From positions 26,228,001 to 26,292,000 of the forward strand of contig CM119371.1 in the NCBI GenBank assembly GCA_051294905.1: a stretch of 64,000 nt of DNA, given 5' to 3'. Position 1 is the first letter of the stretch. Each line of letters begins with the position of its first letter. Position numbers and translations under genes: made by a program. The notes under the pieces are model-generated. The model was given only the letters and a program-made list of their open reading frames with translations. It searched no databases and was not told the DNA's origin. Shown here piece by piece: positions 51,238 to 63,430 of the stretch. The DNA is from Botryllus schlosseri (taxonomy: Eukaryota).

Positions 51238-53085
51238 CTCACAGCAGAAACCAACTTGACAGTAAGCCTACATGAAGGGGACAATAACAGATTGCTACTA
51301 TCAAAACTCAAAGCCAATATGACGAGGTTGAGGATAACAACACACCAGCTTCATCCGTTTCATTATTAGCTGTGATAAATGCAGAACAACATTCGTTTTA
51401 TGATTTAGGCGTGGTGATGGGGGTGTCGTTGAGGGGGCGCTGGCACTTAATTCTTCGTCCAGGTGGGCGGTAGCTCAATAAAGTTTGAGAAACACTGCTA
51501 CAAGGTAATACATTTAACTGCGGCAATAGCACATTCTGCTGAATAGCTCTTAGGTTTTGTACACACGATGACACGGCGATAGTTGTTAATCACCACAATC
51601 CTCCTTATACAAACAGACAAGAAGAGTTGGAGAATATAGACTATAGAGGGATGTGTGACATCTTGGTGGTGCGACTTCCTGGCGAGATAGCGTAACCATA
51701 GAGGACGCAGTGTCTAATGTAGTAGGTCATAGGCCCACTTTCCGACCAGGGCTGATAATAGACTTGGCCCAAAATTGGTAACCTTGGCTTCCCTGCTAGG
51801 CGAGTAGCATACAGCCATGGTGTGGAGGGAAAGTTGGTTCTGACTCAATAGCCTTCTTGTGTTACCGTCGCATCTCCATCGTCCAAGCACATTCATAGCG
51901 AAAGTAAACTGTCTTCCTTCCTTTAATATGTTCTCAGATACGTGTGTATGGACACTGGGCTGCATACATATTTGACAATATTTTCAAGTCCCGCTTCTCA
52001 TGACTTCTCAGGTATATTTGTATGACTTACAAAACGACTGTTTGCGTTTGCGAGATTGGGGCATATAAAATATAAAAGTCAAATATACATTATTTGACCT
52101 CATACATCTTTTGAGTCTCAGGAAGACGTAATGATAAACAAGGCACGAGAGTAAATAAAGCCTCCACTGTTGATATTCGAAAGAATCGAGATTCAAATTT
52201 CAGGTTGAGAAAATGGAGAATGTTCAAATCAACGATTATGCCACAGACAGTGTGACCTGGATATTTACTATTAACGTATTTCTATGATATTCGTGATGGT
52301 ATCTTCATCTCCTAGTTTGATTGATGCAATTGTGCAATGTGCATTGTGCACTAACGATTTGGAATTCTAACCATGGGTATAACTAGGGCGATTATTTTAT
52401 GACCTAAAAAATGGAAGATTTGACACTAAAAATGAAAATGACTTTTTTGCATTGTCAAAAAATAATCGCCCTAGTTATAACAAAGACGAAATCAGAGAGC
52501 TCGTCACAATATATTTTACAAAGCTCGTGCAACAACTCGGAGAAGAGAAGAAACAATTGCAACTCTGATATTCGGCATGATAACCGTGGTGATCAGAAGG
52601 ACCAAAGCTAGCTCGCTGCATTGCTGAATTTCTAAAGCCTTCTGTTGTATGAGGAATAAAATGCATTGATATCATGGGAGCTGTCGGGGTTAACTTATGA
52701 TACTAAGCCACACTGTGTTCCCAATCTCTACAGAGCTCTCGAGCGGACGACATTACGCGTGGTAGCGAGGTACTGCTGCGACTTGTCACAATTCAGCTTT
52801 CTTCGGTGGGATAATTGGCAGAGTGAGTCAGGCTCATAGTCACAACATTTAATGATACATGCATATTGTACATAAACCGACCGAAGACTCCGTTCGCAAC
52901 TACTGCATTGTAGTGGAGCAAAATTTACATGTACACTGCACTGTAAAAAATATCCTCGGTAAATCCCGACCTTAGGCTCGGATATGACTCGATTCAACCC
53001 GTTTCCTAGTTTTTTCCCCAAAACGTCGACTCGTTTTCAGTGCATTCCGAGTCACGCGAGATGTCAACCGCATGCGAGGTTGGAA

Positions 53086-53352
53086 ATTACCGAGGATACC
53101 ATTACCGAAGCTGGAACCTTACCGAGAATGGTCATTACCGAGAATAGACACAACCGAGAATGGACATTACCGAGAATACCATTACCGAGAATGGACACTA
53201 CCGAGAATATACATTACCGAGAATGGTCATTACCGAGAATAAACCACCGAAAATGGACATTACCGAGAATGTACCCTACCGAGAATTACCGAGAATAATC
53301 ATTACCGAGAATGGACAGCATCGAGAATGAACATTACAGAGAATGAACAATG
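53086..53352. repeat. minisatellite of ~15-16-bp ATTACCGAGAATGGAC units
   Basis: Seen directly; inverted copy at about 53484-53510. Confidence 0.9.
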
Positions 53353-56081
53353 TCAAGAATCCAACTTACTAGGACGGATGTTGCCGAGATTAATACCTGA
53401 GAATCGACACCGAACGTGACAACGCCGTGATAAATATATACATGTCCTGTACCTATGAGTAACATGCCCGCATGGCATATATTGCATTCTCGGTAATGTC
53501 CATTCTTGAGGATGGATCAACATCAAAAAGAACTGTGACATCGGGCACTCTGGGCCGAGGTGGATGCTAGAGTGAAGGATCGCTGCTGATGCGTGTCATT
53601 CAACATCCTCCTATCTGTTCGTTACATTGCATTGTGTCTTATCGCATTGTGCATTGTGCGTAACAGTCTTTGTCAAAACATTTTGTAGTGGAAAATTCCA
53701 TTGTAAAATCGGGAGTTGAGATTACATCATCGCGCTTTCGGGCGATCATGATAGCTGATTATTCAGTACAGAGCAAGAATGGGCAATTATTTCCATCCGC
53801 GCTAAACAATGTCAAACATGTTACATTTTGAACTGCCTTGTAACCCGTATTCGCGTTTGTCTAATGCGTAATGCGTAGCCTAATGTGACATTGCAACAAA
53901 GAAGGTTTGGTGACTTTAATTGTCGCGGCATATTAGTATGTGATTATTTGTTCTGCGATCTCAAAATCACAATGCACGTTCAATTTTAACGCGCCTTCAA
54001 TTTTAACGCGCCTAAGCCCACTAACTATGACACAGTAGATTCAGTTTTGTGGCCACCAATGCCCGCGCTTTCAATTTTATTTCACTTGGCATAATGAATG
54101 GAGTGCTGTGTAGCAAGCGCTTAATATAGCAACGAACACTCGAACAGGCACGAAGCTCCATCATTTCCGTCTCGCTTCAGCAGGCATGACAAAGTTTCCG
54201 CGACTATTTGCTCTTATATATCGACCCGAGAGAGGTCTTTTGAGGTCAAGAATTTGCCGCGCGAGTGGATGCGCGTACCAAGCATTTCGCCAGGAGTTAA
54301 CGAACAGAGTGCGGTTTCACGCCGACAGACGGCCATGAATTGGGTATGTTCTTGGAAATTATATGGCAATGGATATGAAACATATGGTAGGCAGGGGATT
54401 TATGTTGTAAATGAGGCTGATGATGGATCAATATTTTGTCGTGTGGAATATATTCTATATTGCAATGAACAGTGGCACTTGTGTGGTGGCCGTTGCTGAA
54501 GTCGAGATTTGTACGACATTTACACTGCTATGCTGTGGAGGAAACCGGTTCTGTTTACGTTTTTCAGCCCGGGGAAATATTTTAGCAAAGGCCCCATGAT
54601 GCATACTTTATTGGCTGCATCAACAAATATGTTTTAAGTTTGAAGCCTAAAGATAATTGAGCTCATACAGTGTAGTATGTTGATTGAAAAATATTGATTG
54701 ACACAAGTTTTGTGCAATTTTCATTATTTTGATTATGACCATTGTATTTTACAGATACACACTACAGCTGGTTATCAAATTACCACTGTGATTGTTGTAC
54801 AGTTGAATATGAAACTGCTGATTAGTTATGGTGATATTAGAAGAGTGATCACAGTTAATCACCAATCTGCGGTTCCTGATGTTGTGAGAAATGTATTTCG
54901 TAATGAAATTGGGGACAATCAATTCAAAATGGAATATTATGACAAGACATTTGATTCGTTCGTCGAACTTTATAACATGTCGGCAATTGTAGATGGACTA
55001 ACGTTGCGGCTGATTTTGAGCACCAGTGGCGGTAAGTGAAATGTAGGATCAGTAGGCTCATTCACAAGAGAGATGAATATTTACCTACTCATATATTTCT
55101 TGCAATAAATTAGATTAGAATTAGATTACTGACATTTCGCTATAATTTTGTGAAATTACGCAACTATAATTATCTACCGTAGTTCTTCAAGTCTGATCTG
55201 ATGTGCCTTGGCGAAATAGATTCAACCCTCATCGAGTCTATTTTTATTGGTGCAGAGGGAACCTCTCCAAAAACCAACAACTCTGTTGTTGAACGTTTGT
55301 TACCTGTATAACGGGTGAGAGGGAGAACATTAAGGATATTGATATTTAGCACAAGAGAATAGCATATTTTGAAACAACAACATTAATAATAACTGAAATC
55401 AATTTAAACATTTCAAAAACTACCTGGCATTTCTCCAAAATTTCAAATCAGATAGCATGCACCATAGTATGACCTCCGGGGCGTGTGTTGGTTGGTGACA
55501 TGGTCTATAACGCACAGCGTCACGTGAATTTTTCAACGAAGGGGTTCCAAAACTTTTTATAGTCCCGATCTCAAACTTTTATTGGTAAATGTTCCGCGAC
55601 CCGCCTCCGCAGATTATTAAAGAAAGTGGTCTGCACCTTCTCCCAAACCTACTCTTGGCGTATGCGAGAGTCTATTGACTATTCGCGCAGTAATAGCAAG
55701 TACGCAATTATAAACTCGTCAAAATTTGACGATGAAAAGTAACCTCTGACCATCTCTGATTAGAAATTTTTTTTTTCTTGTAGATTCCAACCGTATACCC
55801 TCCGGAGGATGACAGTAGCATCGAAGCGCATTAAAATGAAATGAAGACTGAGTGGAAAAGAAGCCGGAACGCTGATAAAAACACAATCTTGGATAGGATG
55901 AAAAGAACCTTCAAAGATCGTCGACATAACGTTAGCAAAGGGACATCAACAAAGAGTCTGTTGTGTGCGTACCCAGTTCTGGCAGGTGCATATTGGGTAG
56001 GTATAACGTATTGGTTTCAGGCACGATTTATAAGCCCTGTGTGCATACATACGAAACGCACAAGAATGAATTACACTAAAC

Positions 56082-56378
56082 TAGTGGTTCTCAACCTGGG
56101 GGGCGTGAAAGCTTCTGAAGGGGGGCGCGAAGAAGCGGTCAACTACAAAAATTTGCGCTTTGCGCGATTTACCTCCAATTCAGGCTTGTTTCTCTATATA
56201 TAGGCCGAATTTCATATTTTTGAATTCTCTCGTCAACGGTCATAACCTTCCATGCCATCAAACAATCTGTTGGGGTTGCTAGCATCCCCGTTGGATTTTT
56301 TGATACGACGATAAGGGGGCGCGAAATTTTTCACTATCATAAAGGGGGGCGTGACTGAAAAAAGGTTGAGAACCACTG
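56082..56378 (+). mobile_element. hAT-type MITE (CAGTGGTTCTCAAC family), intronic
   Basis: Exact TSD CACTAAAC; homologous to 40777-41096. Confidence 0.85.
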
Positions 56379-56774
56379 CACTAAACGCTATGATATATAT
56401 TTTTCATAAGTGTATAATATTCTCTATGTATTAGTAGAGCATTAATACATAGTTATGACCAGTACGTCACCGGACTTGCACGTCAATTTAAACTACTGAT
56501 GAAATTGAAGGCCCCCGCAGCAAAATTATACTATACTAACCACCCATGGCATGGTAGCTATGCTATGAAGTCAATATTTCCCATTGTTCAGATTTTGGAA
56601 GAAATGAAAATGATTTGTCAGAAACAAGACTGTTCCGACGATACTTACTCTGTCGACCTGACGTCAAAGATTTTTGGGAAGAGTTATAGCTCAGCATCAA
56701 GATTCATACTAGCGCTGGATAGTCCTTGGGAAATCACGAAGTTAAAGCGTAAGTAATGTTTTTATCCTTTCACA

Positions 56775-57110
56775 GGTTGCCCAACACAGCGACACAATGA
56801 AAAACCACAGATCAGTATGCCACACTTTGGCATGTGGTTTCACAACTCAAAAACTCACCCTAACCCCTAACATAATCCTGAAATTAACTCTTGTATATAT
56901 CTTAACCCCAAACCTATTCCAAACTAGATCCTCATTCTAAACCTTACGCAGTCGTAAACCCAAATTTCTGCAGCTGACTAGATGGTCCCTAAGGAACCGT
57001 ATCGCTGCAACATGTATTTTGTTTTTGAATGTAATTTTTTGCTCAATAAAAACTGTCTCTCCGTCTCTCTTCACCCACATTCTCAAGTGTCGCATGCCCA
57101 ATTGTCGTAC
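56775..57110 (+). repeat. interspersed repeat with CCTAACC-rich core, second copy about 61219-61456
   Basis: Shared GCGACACAATGAAAAA…CAGATCAG…CACTTTGGC.TGT…TAACCCCTAAC…TGTCGCATGCCCAATTGTCG. Confidence 0.7.
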
Positions 57111-57120
57111 GCTCATTGCG

Positions 57121-57497
57121 TAGGGCTGAGCAAAATCGAGTGCGTGATGGATTCAATTCTAAGTCACTTATCAGGCTTCCAGTCGAATATTCGAGTATCA
57201 CAATGGTATTTTCCAGCCGTACATATTTAATTGCACTTTGCGGCGATGCTGTGGGTTGATCATGACTTCAGAAATAGGATATTTCTAGTATTGTGGCTTA
57301 TACGACCAATCGTGATTTCACGGTTTCCGCAGTGGAAAATACTATCTGAACTATACGTCTCTCTCTTTGATAAATTTACTAGCAGTTAAAAGGAGCGTAT
57401 AATTACAATACTCGAAACAATCGTTTTTCACTACTCGACTCGAATCACTACAATTTATGCTGGATTCGTATTCGAGTACTCGAATTATTGTGCCCTA
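57121..57497 (-). mobile_element. degenerate, deleted TAGGGCTGGGCA MITE
   Basis: Starts TAGGGCTGAGCAAAATCGAG and ends …TACTCGAATTATTGTGCCCTA; similar to 59365-59867. Confidence 0.6.
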
Positions 57498-57955
57498 CGC
57501 ATGTGTCAACGTACCCCTTTTACTTGATAAACCGCCAAAGTTCGAACTTTCGCTGACTACGTTATTTGTTATTTCGGGAATCATTTTCTGTCCTTTTATG
57601 CTTCATCTGAGTTGGCACTTCGTTTTCAGGTACTCAAAAACTGGACTGGATGGTTTACATCCCAACCATCTTCAAAGAAAATTATGACAACTTCCTGATT
57701 GTGGACAAGGTGTGTTGATCATTGGTATTCCTCAAACTGCAGCTAAACATTTCCATCCATTCATTACATATTTTGGACATTTAAAATGGCCTCTGTCAGT
57801 ATTGTTTTCGCATTTGCGCATTTGCGCACGTGCGCAGCTTAGAGGGAACATTGGTTATAATTAATTAATTAAATATAATTTACATAATGTTCCAGCCTCT
57901 GCCTACCCGCCCACATTATAAATCACTGATCCACAAACCTCACACTCATTTAAAC

Positions 57956-60039
57956 CAGTGGTTCCCAACCTTTTTCGGCGTGAGGGCCAAATTTAGAATT
58001 TCAGAGTACGGCCGGGGCCGCACGAATACCAGGGCAATGAAAGGAACCCAAAATTGTCACCAAAATATGGAAATTGGCATTGTTCCGATCATTCGCTTGA
58101 CGCCATTGGCCATTATGTTGCTGCGCTCCCGTTGTTCAGAACAGTCAACCTTTGCTGGCTATTTCGGAGTAGTTTTATTGCCCTGGCGAGATTTCAATTC
58201 GTATTTTTGGAATCAGTGCGACATTTGCTTTCGATAAACACCGACATATCGAATTATTCGGACGCTTGGGTCGCGAGCTATAGGAGTAGGACTACCAATT
58301 ATGCTGCTTTTTGCCGGCTAAATAAGCAGTACGCATCTCGGCGTATTCAATCGTGAGTCACTTGTTGCACATCTATCCGTAAATTAGTTATCAATACCCA
58401 AACAGCACTTCGTCAGGCCCCCCAGAACACTTAGGTCTTGGGCTCCCATAGGGTCATAAACCGACCCCCGTGCCGTTGTTTGCTTCTGCCACGAAATCAG
58501 GATCCCCGTTTAGTGAGCCAGCGCGGAGCGGGAAAATTTTCGATAATTCAAAATAAAATAGGTCAATAAGAACGGGAATTGCATATATATTGCTCTGCTC
58601 ACGTAATCAGATTTACCGATAGAGCTGAGTGAGGGGTCTTGGAAACTGTAGGGCCCGTAAATAATAATTAAACATATTCGGACGGGCGGAGCCGTTGGTA
58701 CGACTTCGTTACGTGATGTTATTTTTTATTTCGTGACCTCCAGTCTGCTGTATCAAAAAATATAGAATCGCCCAAACGTACTAAACTAAAAGATGCAAAC
58801 TATTTCAAATTGGTAGTTCTTCACTGGCATATAATTCTTCCCTTCAATTATACCTATATGTATTTTGAATATACATAACGAAGTTTTCGGTCAGCGTAAG
58901 GGCAGTTCTTTTCGGCCATGGTTTTCTCGCTGCCGATCGTTCTGGCACACTTATTGGAGTCGCATGTTACATGGCCTAAAACTTTATATGTCTTCGTGCG
59001 GCGTGGCGCGGTAATGGCTAACGCCGATATGCCCACTTCTATAAATCTTGCGCATTTTATCTTGGTCGAAGAGTACCCAATAAGTAAGGTACTTGGAAAG
59101 TTGAAATCGCGCGCAGCGCGAAAAATCTTTGAAAAAGTTGCATAAAATTTCATAAAATACTCTATAATTTATGCTGATTCCCTAAATAATTTTGGGCCCC
59201 CTTCGAGCTCGCTCCCCCAATTCAGGGGCTTGGGGTGCGGCAGTTACGGTCCTGTCAATATCTCTAACTATACTTATATGTATAGGTACTGCCCGTTCAA
59301 CTGGAAAGTTCGGGCACATTGCAATGGAACAGCAGTGACGTATTCTTAGCAGTCTACTCACAACTAGGGCTGGGCAAAATCGAGTACCTAAGTGATTCGA
59401 TTCTGAATCACGTAATATGCTTCGAGTCGAGTAATCGAGTATCACCCATAATGACGTCATAACGGAATGTAATACATTAAAGTTCAAATATGCACCGTTT
59501 ATGCCACCGCAAAGAATATATTGCCTGTTATCCATCTCATAAATGATACTTTGGTATTTTTCAGACCATACCGATTTCATTCCACTTGGTGACAATGTTG
59601 TGGGATAATCATGTCTTCCGAAATGTGCTATGTCCAGTAACCTTCGTACTATATTTTTCGTTTGCTACGATACCGCCAATCAGGGTTTCAAGGCCTCAAC
59701 AGTGAAAATTGGTATCGATACTATAAATCTCGTTGATGAGGTAACTTTCAGTGGCGAGAAGCGTATTATCTTACTACTCGAAAAATCGTCGTTTACTACT
59801 CGACTCGAATCATTAAAATTAATACTCGATTCAGATTCGAGTACTCGAATCATTATGCCCAGCCCTACTCACAACTTGCGTGCAACCCTAATTGAAAACT
59901 CCAGACTCCAAGCCAAGCAAGAGCATTTTATAAATATAATTTTTTTTCATAGATCGATTTCTCAATATTTTTGTGGGGGCCGCAAGGAGGCTAGTTGGGG
60001 GCCGCATGCGGCCCTCAGGGCTGCGGTTGGGAATCACTG
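57956..60039 (+). mobile_element. composite non-autonomous hAT element (copy 2), intronic within the CACTA passenger gene
   Basis: TIR CAGTGGTTCCCAACC / GGTTGGGAATCACTG; exact TSD ATTTAAAC; homologous to 23157-25701. Confidence 0.9.
59365..59867 (-). mobile_element. TAGGGCTGGGCA MITE nested in composite copy 2
   Basis: Exact TSD CTCACAAC; opposite orientation to 23479-23998; empty site in copy 1 near 25528-25535. Confidence 0.9.
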
Positions 60040-61479
60040 ATTTAAACTATTCCATGGATACTGGATATTAGCAACGTTTATATTTCGTAGGAACCGAAGA
60101 ATGTCTACCCGACCATCGCATTCAATTCTGAGACGGAAAAGTGGACGATTCATTTCGATGGAGAAGTTGTGAAAGGTTTATTTGGTTTTCACCATGCTCT
60201 AGCATGCCTGATAGCTATTTATTGGGTTTTCAATGTGAAGTTTGCTCCTTCATCATCAAACTCCTTGAACTTTATCGCAACTTTTCTCGCCGAGCTTCCA
60301 AACGTCAAGCCAACTAATGCTGTTCGTAACAAGATAAACATGATATTCGATGAATAATGGTCGTATTATGATTTGTGGCGGTCCTGTTTTTGCCATCTTC
60401 GATGACTGCCAGCAGTAATAACTTGTGTTGTGACGCTTAGCATTGGTTTTTTAATTAATCGGTGCTACTCTATAGTCGTCCTTGTCGATATTAATTCGCA
60501 AAAAATTTGTAATGATCGTGGCCCAAAATTTGGTCTTTTGATTATATTTTTGGATTGCTTAACGCATTGGCAACCAATTGGCCTAAACCTTATAAGCACC
60601 ATTGTTCAGTTGTTAGCACCAGCACATAGCGTGCTCATTACACAATAAAATTTTCAACTTGAACAACAAACATATGTTGTTTGTTTACCTGTAATAATTA
60701 CGCTTCATTATGAATTTGTGACCCTGCAGGTTTCCAATATTGTTCATTGTACTTTCATGGAACATTGCTTGATTTGCTGCATACACTGTTCTTTAATCTG
60801 CAGACTGACTACTGATTTTGTGTGTTTAAGGTGAAAGGTCAATGACAATTATTTGTCAGGCTCGGTTTCTTGCAATCCTAGTCAGTCAGCACAGTTATGA
60901 TTTGGGTGAGGTGAAAGGTCAATGAAAATATAGGTGAAAGGTCAATGAAAATTATCAGACTCGGTTTTTTCCAATCCGAGTCAGGGAGAACTAGGGATTT
61001 ACCGACTTTTAATAAGGTCGGAAAGTAGTTTCCCGGGTCACAACTCGGGGAATTTTGTTCCTAACCTAATGTCGGGATTTACCGAGGATATTTTTTACAG
61101 TGTGTACAGAACAGGCATTTAAATATAGGCAATGGTTATTCGTTTGCTACCGTACGAATCTTATCTCAGGCTATTAGTCCGACACTGTGTGCCGTGCCCG
61201 TAACTATGCGTTGGGACAGGTTGTCTGACACCTAAGCATGCGACACAATGAAAAAACGACAGATCAGCATGCGTCACTTTGGCGTGTAGCTTTACAGCCC
61301 AAAACCTACTCTAACCCCTAACACAATTCTGATATTAACACTTTTTATATATATATTGACCCCAAACCCAACCCTAAGCCGATGTCCATTATAAACCTTA
61401 CCCAGCCCTAAATCCAATTTTACCTACATTCTGGAGTGTCGCATGCCCAATTGTCGTTAAAGCTAGGTAATCTAATTAC

Positions 61480-61897
61480 TAGAGCCGGACCTATTATCGG
61501 TTTGCCACTAATATCGAGTCGATATCACGCTTTGAAAAAATATAGGTATCGGCTATTAGAGGTGAAAAAATATCGGCAATTTTCATGACGTCACAACATG
61601 GTGGTAGGAAGTCAGAAAACTATAATGTTTGACTGTTATAGACTGGGAATATTGTCATATTTCATATAGCTTACACTTTGAAGTTGTCCAGTTGCAGCCT
61701 TTCTAGTTTATTTCATGTTCAAGTATGGCACTGACTGTAAAGCTGTTCAAATAAATGCTCTGAAGTTTCGAAAATGCGCCTTTTAAGGTAGTCCCGCCTA
61801 TTTTGAATATTGGCTGAATGTATTGGATGTATCTGTGAAGGTGTTAGATATCGGTTTATCGGTATCGGCCAATAAATCCATTATCGGTCGGGCTCTA
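61480..61897. mobile_element. MITE with TATCGG subterminal motifs
   Basis: Termini TAGAGCCGGACC / GGTCGGGCTCTA; TSD only approximate. Confidence 0.6.
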
Positions 61898-61952
61898 CAC
61901 TCATTACTCCGGCAATCTGTCTTCGTTGGGTAACTCGTGGCAAAGCTTAGGT

Positions 61953-63430
61953 CAGTGGTTCTCAACTCCGCGAAGCAATTTCAGGGGGTCCGCGAGACCA
62001 CTAAATTTTTAAAATTGTTGATAACCTTATTTTTATTTTATTTTTTAATTTGAGAAAGCATGAGGAAGTTTCGCACCACAACTGCTAAAACCTCTTGACT
62101 CATATCATGATAATAATCGTCTGACATGAACTATCGTAGAGTGGAAATTCATTTTCGTTGCCAATTTTCCAATAACCTGCTGATACAAACATATTGCTGT
62201 TTAGAGACGTTTTGTAGGGGTCTGTGGAAAAAATAAAAGTATGGAGATAGTACCGTTAATCAGGATGACGTCGCAATGTCTGCGAAACCTTCTCGATTTG
62301 CAGTTGTCAGTCTCGTCAAATTAGTGAACAGTCGTTTGAAATGAAAATTTCCGAAGTGTTTCCCTAATTTGTCCCAATGCTGGGATTGAAACCTCGCTAC
62401 GCGAAATCCATTTGATCCTGTGATATACATAACCACTATTTGAACAGTTTCTTGGAGGTACAGAACTTCAATATACAATTGAGTAGTATATTCAATATTC
62501 ATATTGAAATGACAAGACTTTTGTCGGCTGACACTCGTCATAAATTGGACAATGATATACCTGCTCTCAAAGCTCGCGGCTATCAATCAGATTTGGCGCA
62601 TTCTTATTGCGGATGCCCTATCGACAAGGCTGTTTTTTGATGAACAAGGAGTGTTTCGTTGCTATCTAGGCATTACGCTCCAACCCCGAGATTCCTATCA
62701 CCAGTTATATTGGTATGCAGCCTTGTCTCGTTAATGTTCAATTGTTCATGGTCGAAAATGTTTGCTCGTCAATATATACGTAAACCCGAACAGAACAAGT
62801 CGTTTCATAACAGTCTTTCTAAGGTTGGAAAACTTGGATCCATTCTTTGGCGAATAAAATTTGTCTATACTTTTAGATTAGGATTTCACTTTGACGGTAG
62901 AAACTCTCTGCGAGCCGATCAAAATGCCGTCGCGGGCCGAATCCGGCCCGTGGTCCGTATGTTGTCCGTCCCTGCGCTAGATGCTGGGGGTGATATGTTC
63001 ATAAAATATATGTTTCCCCATTTTGGTGCCATAAATGTTGCGATTACACCAAAAGTATCGTCGGAAGCGTTATGCGGTAATATTGAATTAGCCTCCATGT
63101 ACATTTGCGGAAATGGTTTTCGTCACTCCTCGTTCATATCAAAACGAAGACGCGGATTTCCAAGACACGACCGCGTACTTCAAGAAATACAGCAGCAAAA
63201 GTAGCTTCGAAGTATTAAAGTCTCCCAATTTCTACATAAATAGTATGATGTTATTTTTAAGAAAAATCATTTATTTTGCCCTTTATCACAAGCCTCCAGT
63301 TCATATCTGCACAAAACAGATGAAGGTTGCACCATAATAGAGCTAAAATTGAACTAAAACTTGAGGGGGTCCGCGAGGGTCCGTAGCGGTCAAAAGGGGT
63401 CCGCGAAGCCAAAAAGGTTGAAAACCATTG
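61953..63430. mobile_element. non-autonomous hAT element
   Basis: Termini CAGTGGTTCTCAAC / GTTGAAAACCATTG; exact TSD GCTTAGGT; GGGGTCCGCG subterminal motifs. Confidence 0.8.

Larger units (their letters stand above)
54809..60357 (+). pseudogene. 6-exon accessory gene of the CACTA-type element (SAMD3-C-terminal-like uncharacterised family), two premature TAA
   Basis: Exons 54809-55031, 55256-55314, 55784-55996, 56592-56748, 57630-57709, 60091-60357 splice in phase to 333 codons; motifs EWKR…MKRTFKDRR…YPVL and FDG…FHHALACLIAIYWVFNVKF; stops at 55309 and 55832. Family name is by recall only. Confidence 0.7.
52939..61102 (+). mobile_element. CACTA/EnSpm (CMC)-type DNA transposon without recognisable transposase
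   Basis: 32-bp perfect TIR CACTGTAAAAAATATCCTCGGTAAATCCCGAC; 2-bp flanks TG/TG; repeated GGTGAAAGGTCAATGA near the right end. Confidence 0.85.

Noticed and set aside
51690..51830. Possible degenerate SINE core (AAAATTGGTAACCTTGGCTTCCCTGCTAGGCG)
   Set aside because: Resembles a conserved SINE central domain but no clear A/B boxes, tail or second copy.
53086..53352. ORF 52984-53298 and possible CRISPR-like pattern
   Set aside because: Simple minisatellite; the ORF is its repetitive translation.
57887..57955. Possible extra exon of the CACTA passenger gene interrupted by the MITE
   Set aside because: Exon 57630-57709 splices in phase directly to 60091; this segment gives no convincing frame after removing the insertion.
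62659..63204. 181-aa ORF
   Set aside because: Inside a hAT-type element, spans a MITE-end fragment and has no recognisable domain.
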